Shown here one piece after another: positions 29,701-39,800 of a stretch of 42,917 bases of DNA. Source of the stretch: Trichomonas gallinae (taxonomy: Eukaryota); contig MRSU01000908.1 of the NCBI GenBank assembly GCA_008369845.1, forward strand, positions 1-42,917. The letters run 5' to 3'. Position 1 is the first letter of the stretch, and each line of letters starts with the position of its first letter. The notes beneath the pieces are model-generated. The model worked only from the letters and a program-made list of their open reading frames with translations, was not told where the DNA came from and ran no database searches. Both the position numbers and the translations under genes were made by a program.

Positions 29701-32108
29701 TCGACGCAAATTTGTGTCAGATTTCCCATGATTTTTATCGAAGATGTTTTCGTGTTGTTGTTTGAAGACCTGCAGCCGACAACTAAGACAGGGATGATAA
29801 TAGAGAGTGAGTCTGAGTCTAGTTTTGTTGTCAGGTTCATGTGACTTAAGCTTTCTATTGCTGTGTCGAGTTTCGACTGATTTGTTATAGCGTCGATCAA
29901 AACTTGGAACAATGACAAAACAGTTTTGTTTGTTATCAATGATTTGATGCATTCCAATGTTTCTGCTGCGTCTTTTTTGACGTCACCATTCGGACTCTTG
30001 AGGGCTTTTGTCAGTGCAGAAACTATCTGGTTCGTGTACTTCTGCATGTTCTTGGTTTGGTTCTTGAATAAGTTCGTGACAAATTTCACTGCTGAATCCT
30101 GAGAACGCCAAGAGTCGTCATTTGCTACAAACTCGAGAGCTGACGGCAGGGCTCTTTCAACGCAAGCCTTAGTTAGATTGAGTGTCAAACTATTTAGTGC
30201 TTTGTCAGCTGCCTCTCTAACGTTGACCTTTGAGTCTCCAATCAACTTAAATAGATCTGGGAGAATTTTTGGAAGAGAAGGTTCAATCAAGGCTTTGAAC
30301 TGATTAGAAAGAGCTGAGAAAACATAAGTTGCGAATTCTCTCATGTTTGTATCGACTGCATTTGATAGTGAAGCCGTGAATTCGAAAACTTGGCGAGAAT
30401 TAAAAGATGAAATTCCAATTGAATGCAATAAAGCTGTGTATGAGTATGCATAGCCTTCTAGTTTGTCTCTTGTTTTGAGATCTGGAATAATTTGAAGTAT
30501 TTGCTGGAAATAAAGGTCAAAAATCGAAATATGTTTTTTCGCAATGAGAGAAATCGTTTTTGCGCTTTGTAATTTAAGGTCAATGTTTGATGTATTGATG
30601 CATTTTGTCATGAGACAGAAAATAAACTCATAGGCAAGATTTTCGTCTTCAATTGCGATTTTTCCGCATAAATCAATTAATTCTAAGCGCAATTTTGAAC
30701 TTTCATCAATATCAACTGTCGGGAGATTCAATATTGAATACATTTTCTGATATAAATCAACTTTATCAACATATTCTAGATTATTGATATAGAATTCGAT
30801 TAAATCATGCATATTCTTTCTAACAACGTCATGCGTGTCTTTTAAACCTGTTGTCATGATGAAATCAAGCGAATTCTCTGTTAAAGGCTTAAATTGCAAA
30901 AAAGCAAAAGAAATAGAAGCTCTAACTGAATTCTGGAATTGTTTTTCTTCATCCAATAAGTTATTCTCTGAGTTTTTATCATAAATATCAAGCAAATAGT
31001 TGAAAACTTCATCTTGATCTTGATTCGACATTAAAACTGCGAAAGAGCGGCCAATATCTTCAATTAACGTTTCATCCTTGTTTTTAAGCATGAATAATTC
31101 ATTGTACATTGCGTAAATTCGCTGAGAAGTTGGCTTTTTAAGTTTTAATCTTTTAATTAATGGAATTGTTGACTTATTTGAGCCTCCTTGAAGGAATAAC
31201 AAACAGAAAAGTTTATCTGTGACTTCTTCCCTTCGAATGTTGCTCGCTGCGATGCAATCTAAAGCACAAGATCGAATTAAAAATTTTGGTGATAAAAGAT
31301 TTCTAATTGCACATGTTATGTATGTCAAAGGAGCTCCTTTTGATAATTCTATTGCGAAATTGTATATTAATTCATCGACATCAGCCATTTGCAAATAAAT
31401 AGGTAATAATATATGAACATCGAAGTTTGGAGTAATAATCTTAGGATCACAGAACATGTAATAAGTGTCTGGTGATGATAAAAGCTGCGGAAGTTTTGTA
31501 ATTAAAACATTGATATTTTTTTCTGTGATTTTTGATGGAGTGATTTTAGAAATTTGTGCATCAGTAAGTTCATTCTCTTTTGAGCTTAAAATGTCTAAGA
31601 TTTCCTGTGGTTCTCCTTGAAATTCTTCGATATTTTTAATAATTTTAATTAATATTGGCGAAATTTGATCTTTGAAGATGGGTTCTTCAGATAATTCAAG
31701 AAGTAAAGACCAGTATGATGTTATTTTCGACGTAATTCCATTTTCTGAATTTGCTTTTTCCGAAATAATCTTTAATGCATCCGAAACTGGTTGAATTTTG
31801 GTTTGATTCAGGTAATTTCTTATTTCTCCTTGTATTTTAGAGACTTTTTCTTCTTCAATTTTGATTCTCGAATGCAAAGCGTTTTTATTTTTTGCATTTG
31901 GGTTTTTAATTTCACGTAGAAGGTTGGAGTAGTACTCTGCTGTTGGATGTTCTTCTTCAACTGCATTTTTTCCGTAAATCAATATCTTTTCGTCCTTTTC
32001 TAGTGGATTATTAAGATATTCAACCATTGCAACCCTCACAGAATCATGTGTTTCATTTGGAATTTCGGGATTTTTTCCACTTTGTTCGGTTTCTTCTTTT
32101 GTATTCAA
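26760..32108 (-). CDS. GCN1: GCN1 translational activator (HEAT repeats); start uncertain (TTG 32108 vs first in-frame ATG 32027)
   Basis: GCN1-type segments LIEPSLPKILPDL...GDSKVNVREAA, DDSWRSQ, LDSDSLSIIIPVL, DPSPSIRA, AERQGFA, ADSNDVIRTVG, DNWRYRQ, VWRQIVPNT. Confidence 0.9.
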   Translation of the reverse strand: MNTKEETEQSGKNPEIPNETHDSVRVAMVEYLNNPLEKDEKILIYGKNAVEEEHPTAEYYSNLLREIKNPNAKNKNALHSRIKIEEEKVSKIQGEIRNYLNQTKIQPVSDALKIISEKANSENGITSKITSYWSLLLELSEEPIFKDQISPILIKIIKNIEEFQGEPQEILDILSSKENELTDAQISKITPSKITEKNINVLITKLPQLLSSPDTYYMFCDPKIITPNFDVHILLPIYLQMADVDELIYNFAIELSKGAPLTYITCAIRNLLSPKFLIRSCALDCIAASNIRREEVTDKLFCLLFLQGGSNKSTIPLIKRLKLKKPTSQRIYAMYNELFMLKNKDETLIEDIGRSFAVLMSNQDQDEVFNYLLDIYDKNSENNLLDEEKQFQNSVRASISFAFLQFKPLTENSLDFIMTTGLKDTHDVVRKNMHDLIEFYINNLEYVDKVDLYQKMYSILNLPTVDIDESSKLRLELIDLCGKIAIEDENLAYEFIFCLMTKCINTSNIDLKLQSAKTISLIAKKHISIFDLYFQQILQIIPDLKTRDKLEGYAYSYTALLHSIGISSFNSRQVFEFTASLSNAVDTNMREFATYVFSALSNQFKALIEPSLPKILPDLFKLIGDSKVNVREAADKALNSLTLNLTKACVERALPSALEFVANDDSWRSQDSAVKFVTNLFKNQTKNMQKYTNQIVSALTKALKSPNGDVKKDAAETLECIKSLITNKTVLSLFQVLIDAITNQSKLDTAIESLSHMNLTTKLDSDSLSIIIPVLVVGCRSSNNNTKTSSIKIMGNLTQICVDNSLKYFSDDLVEPLFTLISDPSPSIRALASSSLSSLIVKLNPSVYDNVMERLISQMISKNSFAERQGFAMSIASLIKTRGKEELNAQLLDFIEKARNDQNIQIRECYVSLLGFLSHFFGAEDFHGCYDITIDAVLEACADSNDVIRTVGLRSVSLIAKTFAQTNPDLIITPFNNCALKDNWRYRQCAVQFMKAFVNACVGTTDADERGIRNIGELLEKIKQALKPDICSQSLTTLFILCSDPVQAVKQDALQVWRQIVPNTGGFVRDNIDVFVDNVSLFLTSDREVVRTVGAFAVKEGVSKVKTKLLLKMLDKLEELSKMEDIDIQHGALLCVHALDEEMDFEQKLRCCTIIAPFLSSPYEMLRTESLETFKDFKKTLGEDGTQSISSQLIEFVHNQAIQDRDISELKGLINVLDKKALNQLISKILSKPITEYSAKVAGKVVQVAEDALDSNFSVFADKVISLAVEDVEAVNVAKEIVKSVNNNHRLLFVQKFVQSLRSPQPEERNPSINVLRSVIDLNPDEEIIKNIIRSVLYVFDDPLDNLMDMSIDVIKAIVNNADEKSMNFVVFELADTFEQIGTTTKMRAFEQKAAFDSFEPLIERCLLSESEAAIMDAGRLLFVVIPQLKQIPTTTKKLIARVIFAMQRTVRSDIAFVLLKASRVLFEICRDENDVLPNSLPPMFIRFFKENDIALHEASADALCSLCSKLKSPEIIIRVLLFVLRMQTNTISSIIVKALIKIAAKYKIEDSKEIISVLEPHAKSSNRVQIRQLCSQAIAASLMSSGKEALMAFVPKMNIDNQTERYMTATIITEIMEKGNKSLVDVVLPTAISMLDNLEKETNSEILLILPQMVVSIIVLMPHLISELLSYIFGIINRGDAEHQVAAIQSLQQLANLQKSVFKSVQKELLDLLLDQYRRSDQAVKSAASASLFVLFRLEELSPEETSELAHLAGDIEQTHRDFKAVIQQSQTDRANQKIRR

Positions 32109-32369
32109 AGTGGAAATTTTGAAAATAAAAAAAATGAACAGAAATCACCCAAAAACACACTGAAAGTAGCCTTATTTTCACTTATTACATTCATTTTTAT
32201 CTTCTTTCAGCTATTTCTCAAATATTATTCATAAAAATATCATAAATAAAATAGTATTCATTAAACACCGAACAGCACATTGAAATTGAATTGATACTCT
32301 TATATATAGTTCCATTTTCACTCCTTCTTACAGAGAACTCAAATATTGTCCAAAATAAAAAAATTTTAG

Positions 32370-32990
32370 AATGAAATCATTATTTATATATAAATACGTA
32401 ATGAAATCGGTCATATATCAACTTTATCGTTTATTTCATTAGTTATTCTAGGATATATCCAATCATATCTAAAATTTGGAAGGCAACATGAATACACCCG
32501 ATATATTGGAATCAAGGAAGGCAACATTGTGCAATATTACGAAAGTCAATGGATTTATTTATGATTTCGAAATTAAAAATAATACACATTACAGGAGTGT
32601 GCATTCATATATTGCACAAGATAATATAGATTTTATAAAAGAAAACATGGAATTAGTAAGTGCACAGGATTTACTTACAGATTTGCTTGATGTTGCCTGC
32701 AAGTGCGGATCAATAAAATGCTATAAATTTTTGAGATTAAATGGCGCAAACTACTTTGCAGATTCTCCTAAATTCTCAATAGAATCAGGAAACGTTGAAA
32801 TCATTATGGATATCTATAACAATGATGTTAGCTTCTATAATTACTCCAGCATGCAATAAACTGCCGAAAATATAATATTACAGATTGGATTCTTGATAAC
32901 TATCCTCAAGTCGAAATTTCTATCGATGAATGCATACATTCAAGAAATACTCGTGCATCATGCTTTTGTTTTGAGAACACAATTCCTTTT
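32370..32990 (+). pseudogene. DUF3447/ankyrin-associated family pseudogene (frameshifted)
   Basis: LLDVACKCGSIKCYKFLRLNG...SIESGNVEII...VSFYN continues after a -1 frameshift near 32843 as LQHAINCRKYNITDWILDNY...ISIDECIHSRNTRA. The 5' part is broken and the boundaries are approximate. Confidence 0.75.
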
Positions 32991-32999
32991 ACATACTGG

Positions 33000-33672
33000 A
33001 ATTTTAAATGCTTTTATTATTTGCTGCAACAGAACGCAACTTATCAATATTTGCTAGACGGACTATTTAGTTTTATGCTGTTAAATAAGGCTGAATTGCA
33101 GGAAGAATTTCTGCGTTCAATAAAGCGAGTTTTCCGCGATTGCTTGAATCCATAGCAATGTTTGCCGACAAAATGAAGGCTGATTCACGTAATTTTTGTG
33201 ATGAAAATGATCTGACTAAAGCAAGAAGGAAATCAGAATCGCAATCACGAGCAGCGACAGCAGCAATGAGCTGTGATGGGACAGAGCCGGATTATAACGG
33301 GACTTCTGGACCAACGAACTCAGCAACGTTGCGGAGAAACATTGCTGCTTCTGTTCAGATTGGTATCTCTATATCTGGATGTAATAATTCGACAATTCTT
33401 GGAACATCTTCGAGTACTTTAGCGGCGAGATCTTTTGTATTGACTAAAGCGTTAAAAACGACGAGCGTGTTGAGAAGTAAACGGTTTGGAAAATGCATTA
33501 AGAATGGACGCAAAATATCGAAAATTCCCATCATGTTAAAAGATTAAGATTAATTTTTCTTGCTTTTGGTGCTTGTGGATTTGAGATGATTTCGGGCATG
33601 TAGCTGATTTCACGATGCCTGAGATCCAATGTTGGTGCAAATGGATCCCATGGTTATGGAATAATATGCCAT
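33000..33672 (-). pseudogene. Armadillo-repeat (RSPH14/RTDR1-like) pseudogene
   Basis: One frame from 33534 reads MMGIFDILRPFL...IPI*TEAAMFLRNVAE...PL*SGSVPSQLIAAV...KLRESAFILSANIAMDSSNRGKLALLNAEILPAIQPYLTA*N*IVRLA. Stops at 33355, 33292, 33073, 33067. Frameshifted 5' piece from ATG 33672. Confidence 0.65.
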
Positions 33673-33737
33673 TTAGCAGTAGTATTATATCACAGTTTCC
33701 CGTCTAAAATGATTAGCAGTATAAATAATAATAAGAT

Positions 33738-35516
33738 TTATTGAAGCTGGAATTTGATTAGATCAGCATAATGGCCTTGCTTGGCAAGAAGATCTTCGTG
33801 TTTGCCACTCTCGACAATGTGGCCGTCTTTAAAAACAAAAATCCTGTCTGCGTTGATGACTGTAGCGAGTCTGTGGGCGACGACAATCGCAGTCTTGCCT
33901 TTACGGACTTCTTCAAGTGACTCTTGAACAAGCTTCTCTGACTCTGTGTCTAATGCTGCTGTTGCTTCGTCTAACAGCAAAATTGGCGAGTTCATAAGGA
34001 TTGCTCTCGAAATGCAAATTCGCTGCTTCTGGCCACCTGATAATGATGTGATGTCGACAACAGTGTTGTAGTTGTCTGGGAACTTCATGATGAAGTCGTG
34101 CGCGTTTCCAATCTTCGCTGCATCGGCAACTTCTCTGTCGCTTGCATCGATCTTCGCGTATCTGATGTTGTCTTTGATGCTCATCGAGAACAAGACAGGA
34201 GACTGAGGGACGATTGATACTTGTCTCCTTAATGCATCTGGACTCAACTTTGTGATATCGACATCGTCGACCAAGATTTGTCCGCTTTCGATTTCATAGA
34301 ACCTTTGTAGGAGCTGCAGTGTTGTCGACTTTCCACATCCTGACTCGCCAACGAGTGCAACTGTTTCGCCTGGATTGACAACGAATGACAAATCTTTAAC
34401 AGCATAATGATCGACACCTTTGTACTTGAAGCATACATTCCTGAACTCGATCTTTCCTATAACAGTTTCCTTGAAACCTCCTCCTTTTCTCTGATCAACT
34501 TCTATTGGTTCTTCTAAAATGTCTAGGACTCTATCTGCTGAAACAGCAGCTTTGTTGAAGTCGTCAACCATCTGGAAAGCTTGCTGTACACCCATTGTCG
34601 CGAAAATCAATGATGGAACTAAAACCATCAAATCACCGTTTGCGACACCCCAAGATGGCTTTCTGATAATCATCCAGGTCGTGAAATAGATGACACCAAC
34701 AAGCATGAAGTGTGCAATAGCTGTAATCAAGCCATCTTTTGTGCCGATGATGATTGAAGTCTTATTGTAAACAGCGTTGATCTGGTTGATGCTTACTTGG
34801 TACTTTTCTGCTTCGAGCATTTCGTTATCGAAAGATTTGACTGTTCTAAATGCCATGATGACCTGTTCTGCCCTTGTTCCTGCATCGCTGACACTCTGAT
34901 TGAAGTTGTGCCAAAGTCTTCCGACGAAAAACTCGCCCAAATAGTATACTAAAATGCACAAGAGAATTGCAGCGCAAGCAATGAGTGTCACTCTCCAACT
35001 GTAAATGAAAGCAAGGATTAAAGCGGCAATTGATTGTATAATATTCTGAAAAACCATCATGAATTTCGAAATGTATACTTCATTGAGGATTGCGCAGTCT
35101 GAAGTGAAATTGTTCAGTAATGTACCTGTTGGATGAAGATCAAAGAATGAAATGTCCAAAGACATTAATTTCTTGTAGAGATTTTTTCTAATATCTGTCT
35201 GGAACCAAGGACCAGAGCTTCCACCCACAACATCCTTGATTTCCATGATTACTGTGTAAATTGCACAATATATTGCTATCTTAACACAGATTTTTCCTAC
35301 TTCTTTGTGGAAATCGTTTGTTGTCGTCATAACGTTTGCAAGGTCGCCCATGAAGATGTTCATTGTAACTGGTGCCACACCAGCAATGATTGAGAACAAA
35401 ATTGCAACGTAGAAAATGATTCTTCGATCGAAATACTTCATGATCTTGAAGTACACGAAATGCCTTCCCTTATTTAGAGGAACAGAGTCTGCTGTAGCAG
35501 TGCGAGCTGAAGTCAT
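33738..35516 (-). CDS. ABCB (MDR/TAP-type) half transporter, TMD+NBD
   Basis: Six-helix-type TMD, Walker A GESGCGKST, signature LSGGQKQR, Walker B ILLLDEATAALD, H-loop AHRL. Inr TCATTT at 35524-35529 (minus). TAAA stop. Confidence 0.95.
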   Translation of the reverse strand: MTSARTATADSVPLNKGRHFVYFKIMKYFDRRIIFYVAILFSIIAGVAPVTMNIFMGDLANVMTTTNDFHKEVGKICVKIAIYCAIYTVIMEIKDVVGGSSGPWFQTDIRKNLYKKLMSLDISFFDLHPTGTLLNNFTSDCAILNEVYISKFMMVFQNIIQSIAALILAFIYSWRVTLIACAAILLCILVYYLGEFFVGRLWHNFNQSVSDAGTRAEQVIMAFRTVKSFDNEMLEAEKYQVSINQINAVYNKTSIIIGTKDGLITAIAHFMLVGVIYFTTWMIIRKPSWGVANGDLMVLVPSLIFATMGVQQAFQMVDDFNKAAVSADRVLDILEEPIEVDQRKGGGFKETVIGKIEFRNVCFKYKGVDHYAVKDLSFVVNPGETVALVGESGCGKSTTLQLLQRFYEIESGQILVDDVDITKLSPDALRRQVSIVPQSPVLFSMSIKDNIRYAKIDASDREVADAAKIGNAHDFIMKFPDNYNTVVDITSLSGGQKQRICISRAILMNSPILLLDEATAALDTESEKLVQESLEEVRKGKTAIVVAHRLATVINADRIFVFKDGHIVESGKHEDLLAKQGHYADLIKFQLQ

Positions 35517-36624
35517 TCTCTAGAAATGAATTAGCTATGCATGAACCTCGTAGCTATCAATCTTTGAAGAGGAAACGATTTAACCTCGGATTTGAATATG
35601 TAAACTTCACAAAATTGAATAATCTCAAAATATTTTCAATGGAATTTTTGTCATCACTGGTTTATTATTAAATATAGAGCAAAATTACAAAATTTTGAAA
35701 AAATTTACATGTCAGATTTTTTCAGTTTTTAGAACCTCGTTGACGAATCATCAATAGCAGAAATGCATTAAATCCTGTTTATCTTTATGAAAACAAGATG
35801 TTTCTAATAAATTGTTCATTTTCTTAAATTTGATAAAAAATTATACAATGAATTTTTTATATTACCAATAAACCACGTATTCACGAATAAGCATATATTA
35901 GAATCAAAAGTGCCATAGTCGCTCAAAAATTTCAAATATATTTTATCATGGTAATGGAGATTGTATGATCTAATACTAGCTTTATATACTTTATTATATC
36001 GATATTTTATAATTCATTTATCATGATAACAAATAATTTAAGATGATATTTTTGATTTTTCTAAAATTATGGGTTTTGTTAAAATTGCAACAGAAATTAT
36101 TCCACTAAATCCAAATTGCATATGAGATGTGATGTCGATTTCTACAAAATCCCGATTTTTTAGTCGAAAAATTTATAAAATTTTGTTTGAACCTTTATTT
36201 GCAATGACAGATGGCATAATCAGCTGTTTTTGACGCCATATAATTTCATATAGCAAGGATTTGTAATTTTTAACGAGATTTGAATAAAGAAATTATGCTA
36301 ATTGTCTAATAGATGCGAATAATCAAATGAAACAGTACATTTAGACATTACATATATCATATTTCGTAGTATAGAGGTCTAAAACCAATAATTCACGCCG
36401 AGTTGTGGCATTTTATTTATTTCAAATGATTATTTTCGTAAACGAAAATAAACCAGATATGAACAATTCGATAAATTCAATGATGTTAAATATAATTTAA
36501 ATAAAATAAAACGGTTTATAATTAAAATTTTCTGATGAATCAATTAACATTGAAAATGGTTTTATAAACCTGACATTATTATAATAAAAATAGCAAAAAT
36601 TTGTAAATTAAACATTTGTCAAGA

Positions 36625-36739
36625 AAAAATCGAGAATTTACTTGAAAATAATACATAAATACTGCATTGGATATTGATATTTACACTATTTTGTAAAATC
36701 AATTTTTTAAATAAAAATCGAGAATTTACTTGAAAATAA
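36625..36739 (+). repeat. Intergenic direct repeat, 27-nt exact core, period 88
   Basis: AAAAATCGAGAATTTACTTGAAAATAA at 36625-36651 and 36713-36739, with degenerate similarity continuing downstream of each copy. Confidence 0.85.
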
Positions 36740-36899
36740 AATATAAAGGATATATTATATTAACACGATAAAATTGAATTTCAATTGAATTTTTGTGAAA
36801 TTAGAAAATTTTATCTAAAATATATGTAATCCTGTATAGATTTCAATGAATATAATTATGTCTGTAATCTGATTTTTCTTAGATTTATATTTTTGAATT

Positions 36900-39800
36900 A
36901 TGAAGTCTTTCTCTGTCAGGCAGAACCTTCAAGGTTGGAGCAATTTCTTTCATTTTTTCCAGATCGTCGGGTCTTATCAGGATGAGTTCCCTGGACTGAA
37001 GCGCTTCTTCGAAATTTATATCACATTGCTATGGATATTGAAATTATCGATGCTTGGACTTCTTGTTAGGATTAACGCTACCTCTGCATTTTCAAAACTC
37101 TTTGGAGAAATAGTTTACCAAATGATCACCTTAGAATTCGTTGGAATAGAATTTATTATAGTTTTTCTGTTTTCAATTGGAATTTGCTTCGCTATATTCA
37201 TGTTATTTTACTACTATAATCGCGATTTACTTCTTTTTCATCACTCGGCAACATCAATTTGCTTATTTTTGCAAGATTTATCACCGATATTTACAAACTA
37301 TACGACTTCATGCATAATGCTTCTTACAGAAGATTTTATTCAAGATGGAAATCCTTGGTTCGTCTTAACTCTTGCTATAATTTGTTTTGTTATTTTCAAT
37401 ATTTTCACATATTTGGGGGCTTCATTTCATCACATCCAAACTAGCACAAACTCTATTTTCCATTCCTTCTGGAATCATATGAATTTCTTTCGAATCAATT
37501 TTCTCATAAATCTAGTTCAGTTAATTTGGCCTATAAGATTCCTATTCAGACGCACTTTGTTCCCGTGTATGGGAACCAGCTTCATAGTTTCGCTTTTATT
37601 GCTTCTTTGGCTCAGTACTATTCCTTACTTCACTAAATCGTCGAATGTCCATAACTGCAAAGTATTTGGAATGACAACAACCTTTATTTTCTTGGAAATC
37701 ATATGTCATGCGAAATTCATTAGATTTTCGACAACAATTTTCGCTTGCTACGTTTTGGTTCATTTATGGCATTATTTCCTCGCCGGGACTCTATTCAGGT
37801 TCTTCTGCAAAATACATGCGAAAGAATTCCAAAAACACTTTCCTTCGGCCTCTGAAATCGAATCTTTTATAAATATACCTAAAATCGCTGGATTTAGGAT
37901 GAAAATACTTCTTCATTACGCAACAATCATACAGGTAGAAGATTTGCAGACAATTCTGCTTGCTGTAATTGATTCAGATATAAATGACGATATAACAATA
38001 GAATGTGCAAAAATGCTGCTCTTGAGTTCATCTTTACCGCATAATGTCAGAGAAAAACTGTTTAATATTGATTATCATAATCTTTCTTCCTCATTAAGAC
38101 ATTTTTTATGCGAACTTCAATACGAAATGAACAAATTCAGACCAAATTCGTACGATATAGAAGAAACTATGATGTTCCTCCAAGTTCAAAAGCAAAGATG
38201 CAAAATTATTTTATATTCATTTTTAAATTCTTTATGCGATACTCATTATTACAAGTACATTTATCCGATCCTCTTCAACCTAGCTATGAATATCCATGAT
38301 TTTAAGCTCATGTGTTCGTATAATTTTGAGGGAATCCCATTATCTACAGAAATTACCAATTTATACCAAGATTTTCTCGAAAACATAGCAGGTGATGTCG
38401 TGCAAAGCGAAATCATGCGTGAATACTGCGAAAAAAGAAAAATTTCGTTAATTCAAACTGCAGACAGCAAACCGGATATCTTTCTATCGGAAAGTGTGTC
38501 TTCTGAGATCAGTACAAACAGGAGCGTCGATCAAAGAGTTTATTTCCAAAAATCTCTTGAAATGACGATAACAACACCATTATATGTCTTTTTGATTGTT
38601 ATGTTCGGTGTTGTTTTGGATTTATTCCTGCCTCCACTTACCCAATTTCGATATATTAAGTCAATTGAATTAGATCCAGATTTATACTTCAATTATACTC
38701 ATTCTCCAAGCTTTTTCAAGGCTTATTACACAGAAATTAACATTGAATCCTTCTTAAATTCTATTGGCGAGACTCAAGGAAACAAATCATTATTTCGAAA
38801 CTACCCGGTTGTCAGTTTTCACACATTCACTCAGTACTTGAATTCAGTCATATGTCCAATAGATAGAGAACCTGTGTTTGACGCTCAATCTCAATACTTG
38901 ATTGATTTCAAATATTCATTTTACAATTTATGTTCGAGAACATACATAACTACCAAAGAGAATCTCAGTTACTACGAGACGCTTCACGATGCACATCACA
39001 GCATTAATGAAATGTTTAAAAATTTCGAAAATATAACTGAAAGATACGAAAAATGCTCTCGTTCAATCAAAATCAACCTCAAGACCAACAGCATTAGAGA
39101 GAACCTCCTTGGAGCAGCTGGAATTTTGCTAATTGCTGCAATTAGCATAATTTTGATTCCTAGGCAATACATAAAGAGAATGATATCGACGTTCAAGGGT
39201 ATAGAGATCTCAACGCTCGAAGAGTTAAGAACTTCACTTTATGTCCAAATTCACAGATCTAAAAATACTCAGACAGATTCAACTGATTTAGATAATGATG
39301 GCATATTAGAATTGGAAGAACTTGAAGTTGACGATGGAAATCCTTTATTTAGCGATAACGATTATTCAGATTTAATTGATTATTATTTAAAGTCTCCTTT
39401 GGAGCTTTCTATTTATGATCCTGCTTATGATATAGCATTTGTAGTCTATCTATTGGTTATTTTCGGCCTCAAATACTGTTTTGCGTTTTCTTGCATTTAT
39501 ACTTATTCACTTGCTGCCAAATCGATTGTCACAACTGATATTGAGCATGAAAGGAACTTGAACATCACATCCTATATTCTCAAAGAGATTGATGCAGTTT
39601 TCACGAATTTAACATATCACGGAGATCATGTAGAATGCACACCAAAAAGATTCGATGACACAAATTCGCAAAACAAAGACCTGATGAAAATTATTGACAA
39701 ATGGAATAATTTTATCGATAATTATGATAAATATAATTTTTCGGAAAAGATAGAAATAGCTAAAAACCTCGCCAACAATATCAGCAAGACAGCAATGGAA

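Noticed and set aside
33140..33547. 135-aa plus-strand ORF
   Set aside because: Antisense shadow of the ARM-repeat pseudogene; TTG start and no recognisable protein features.
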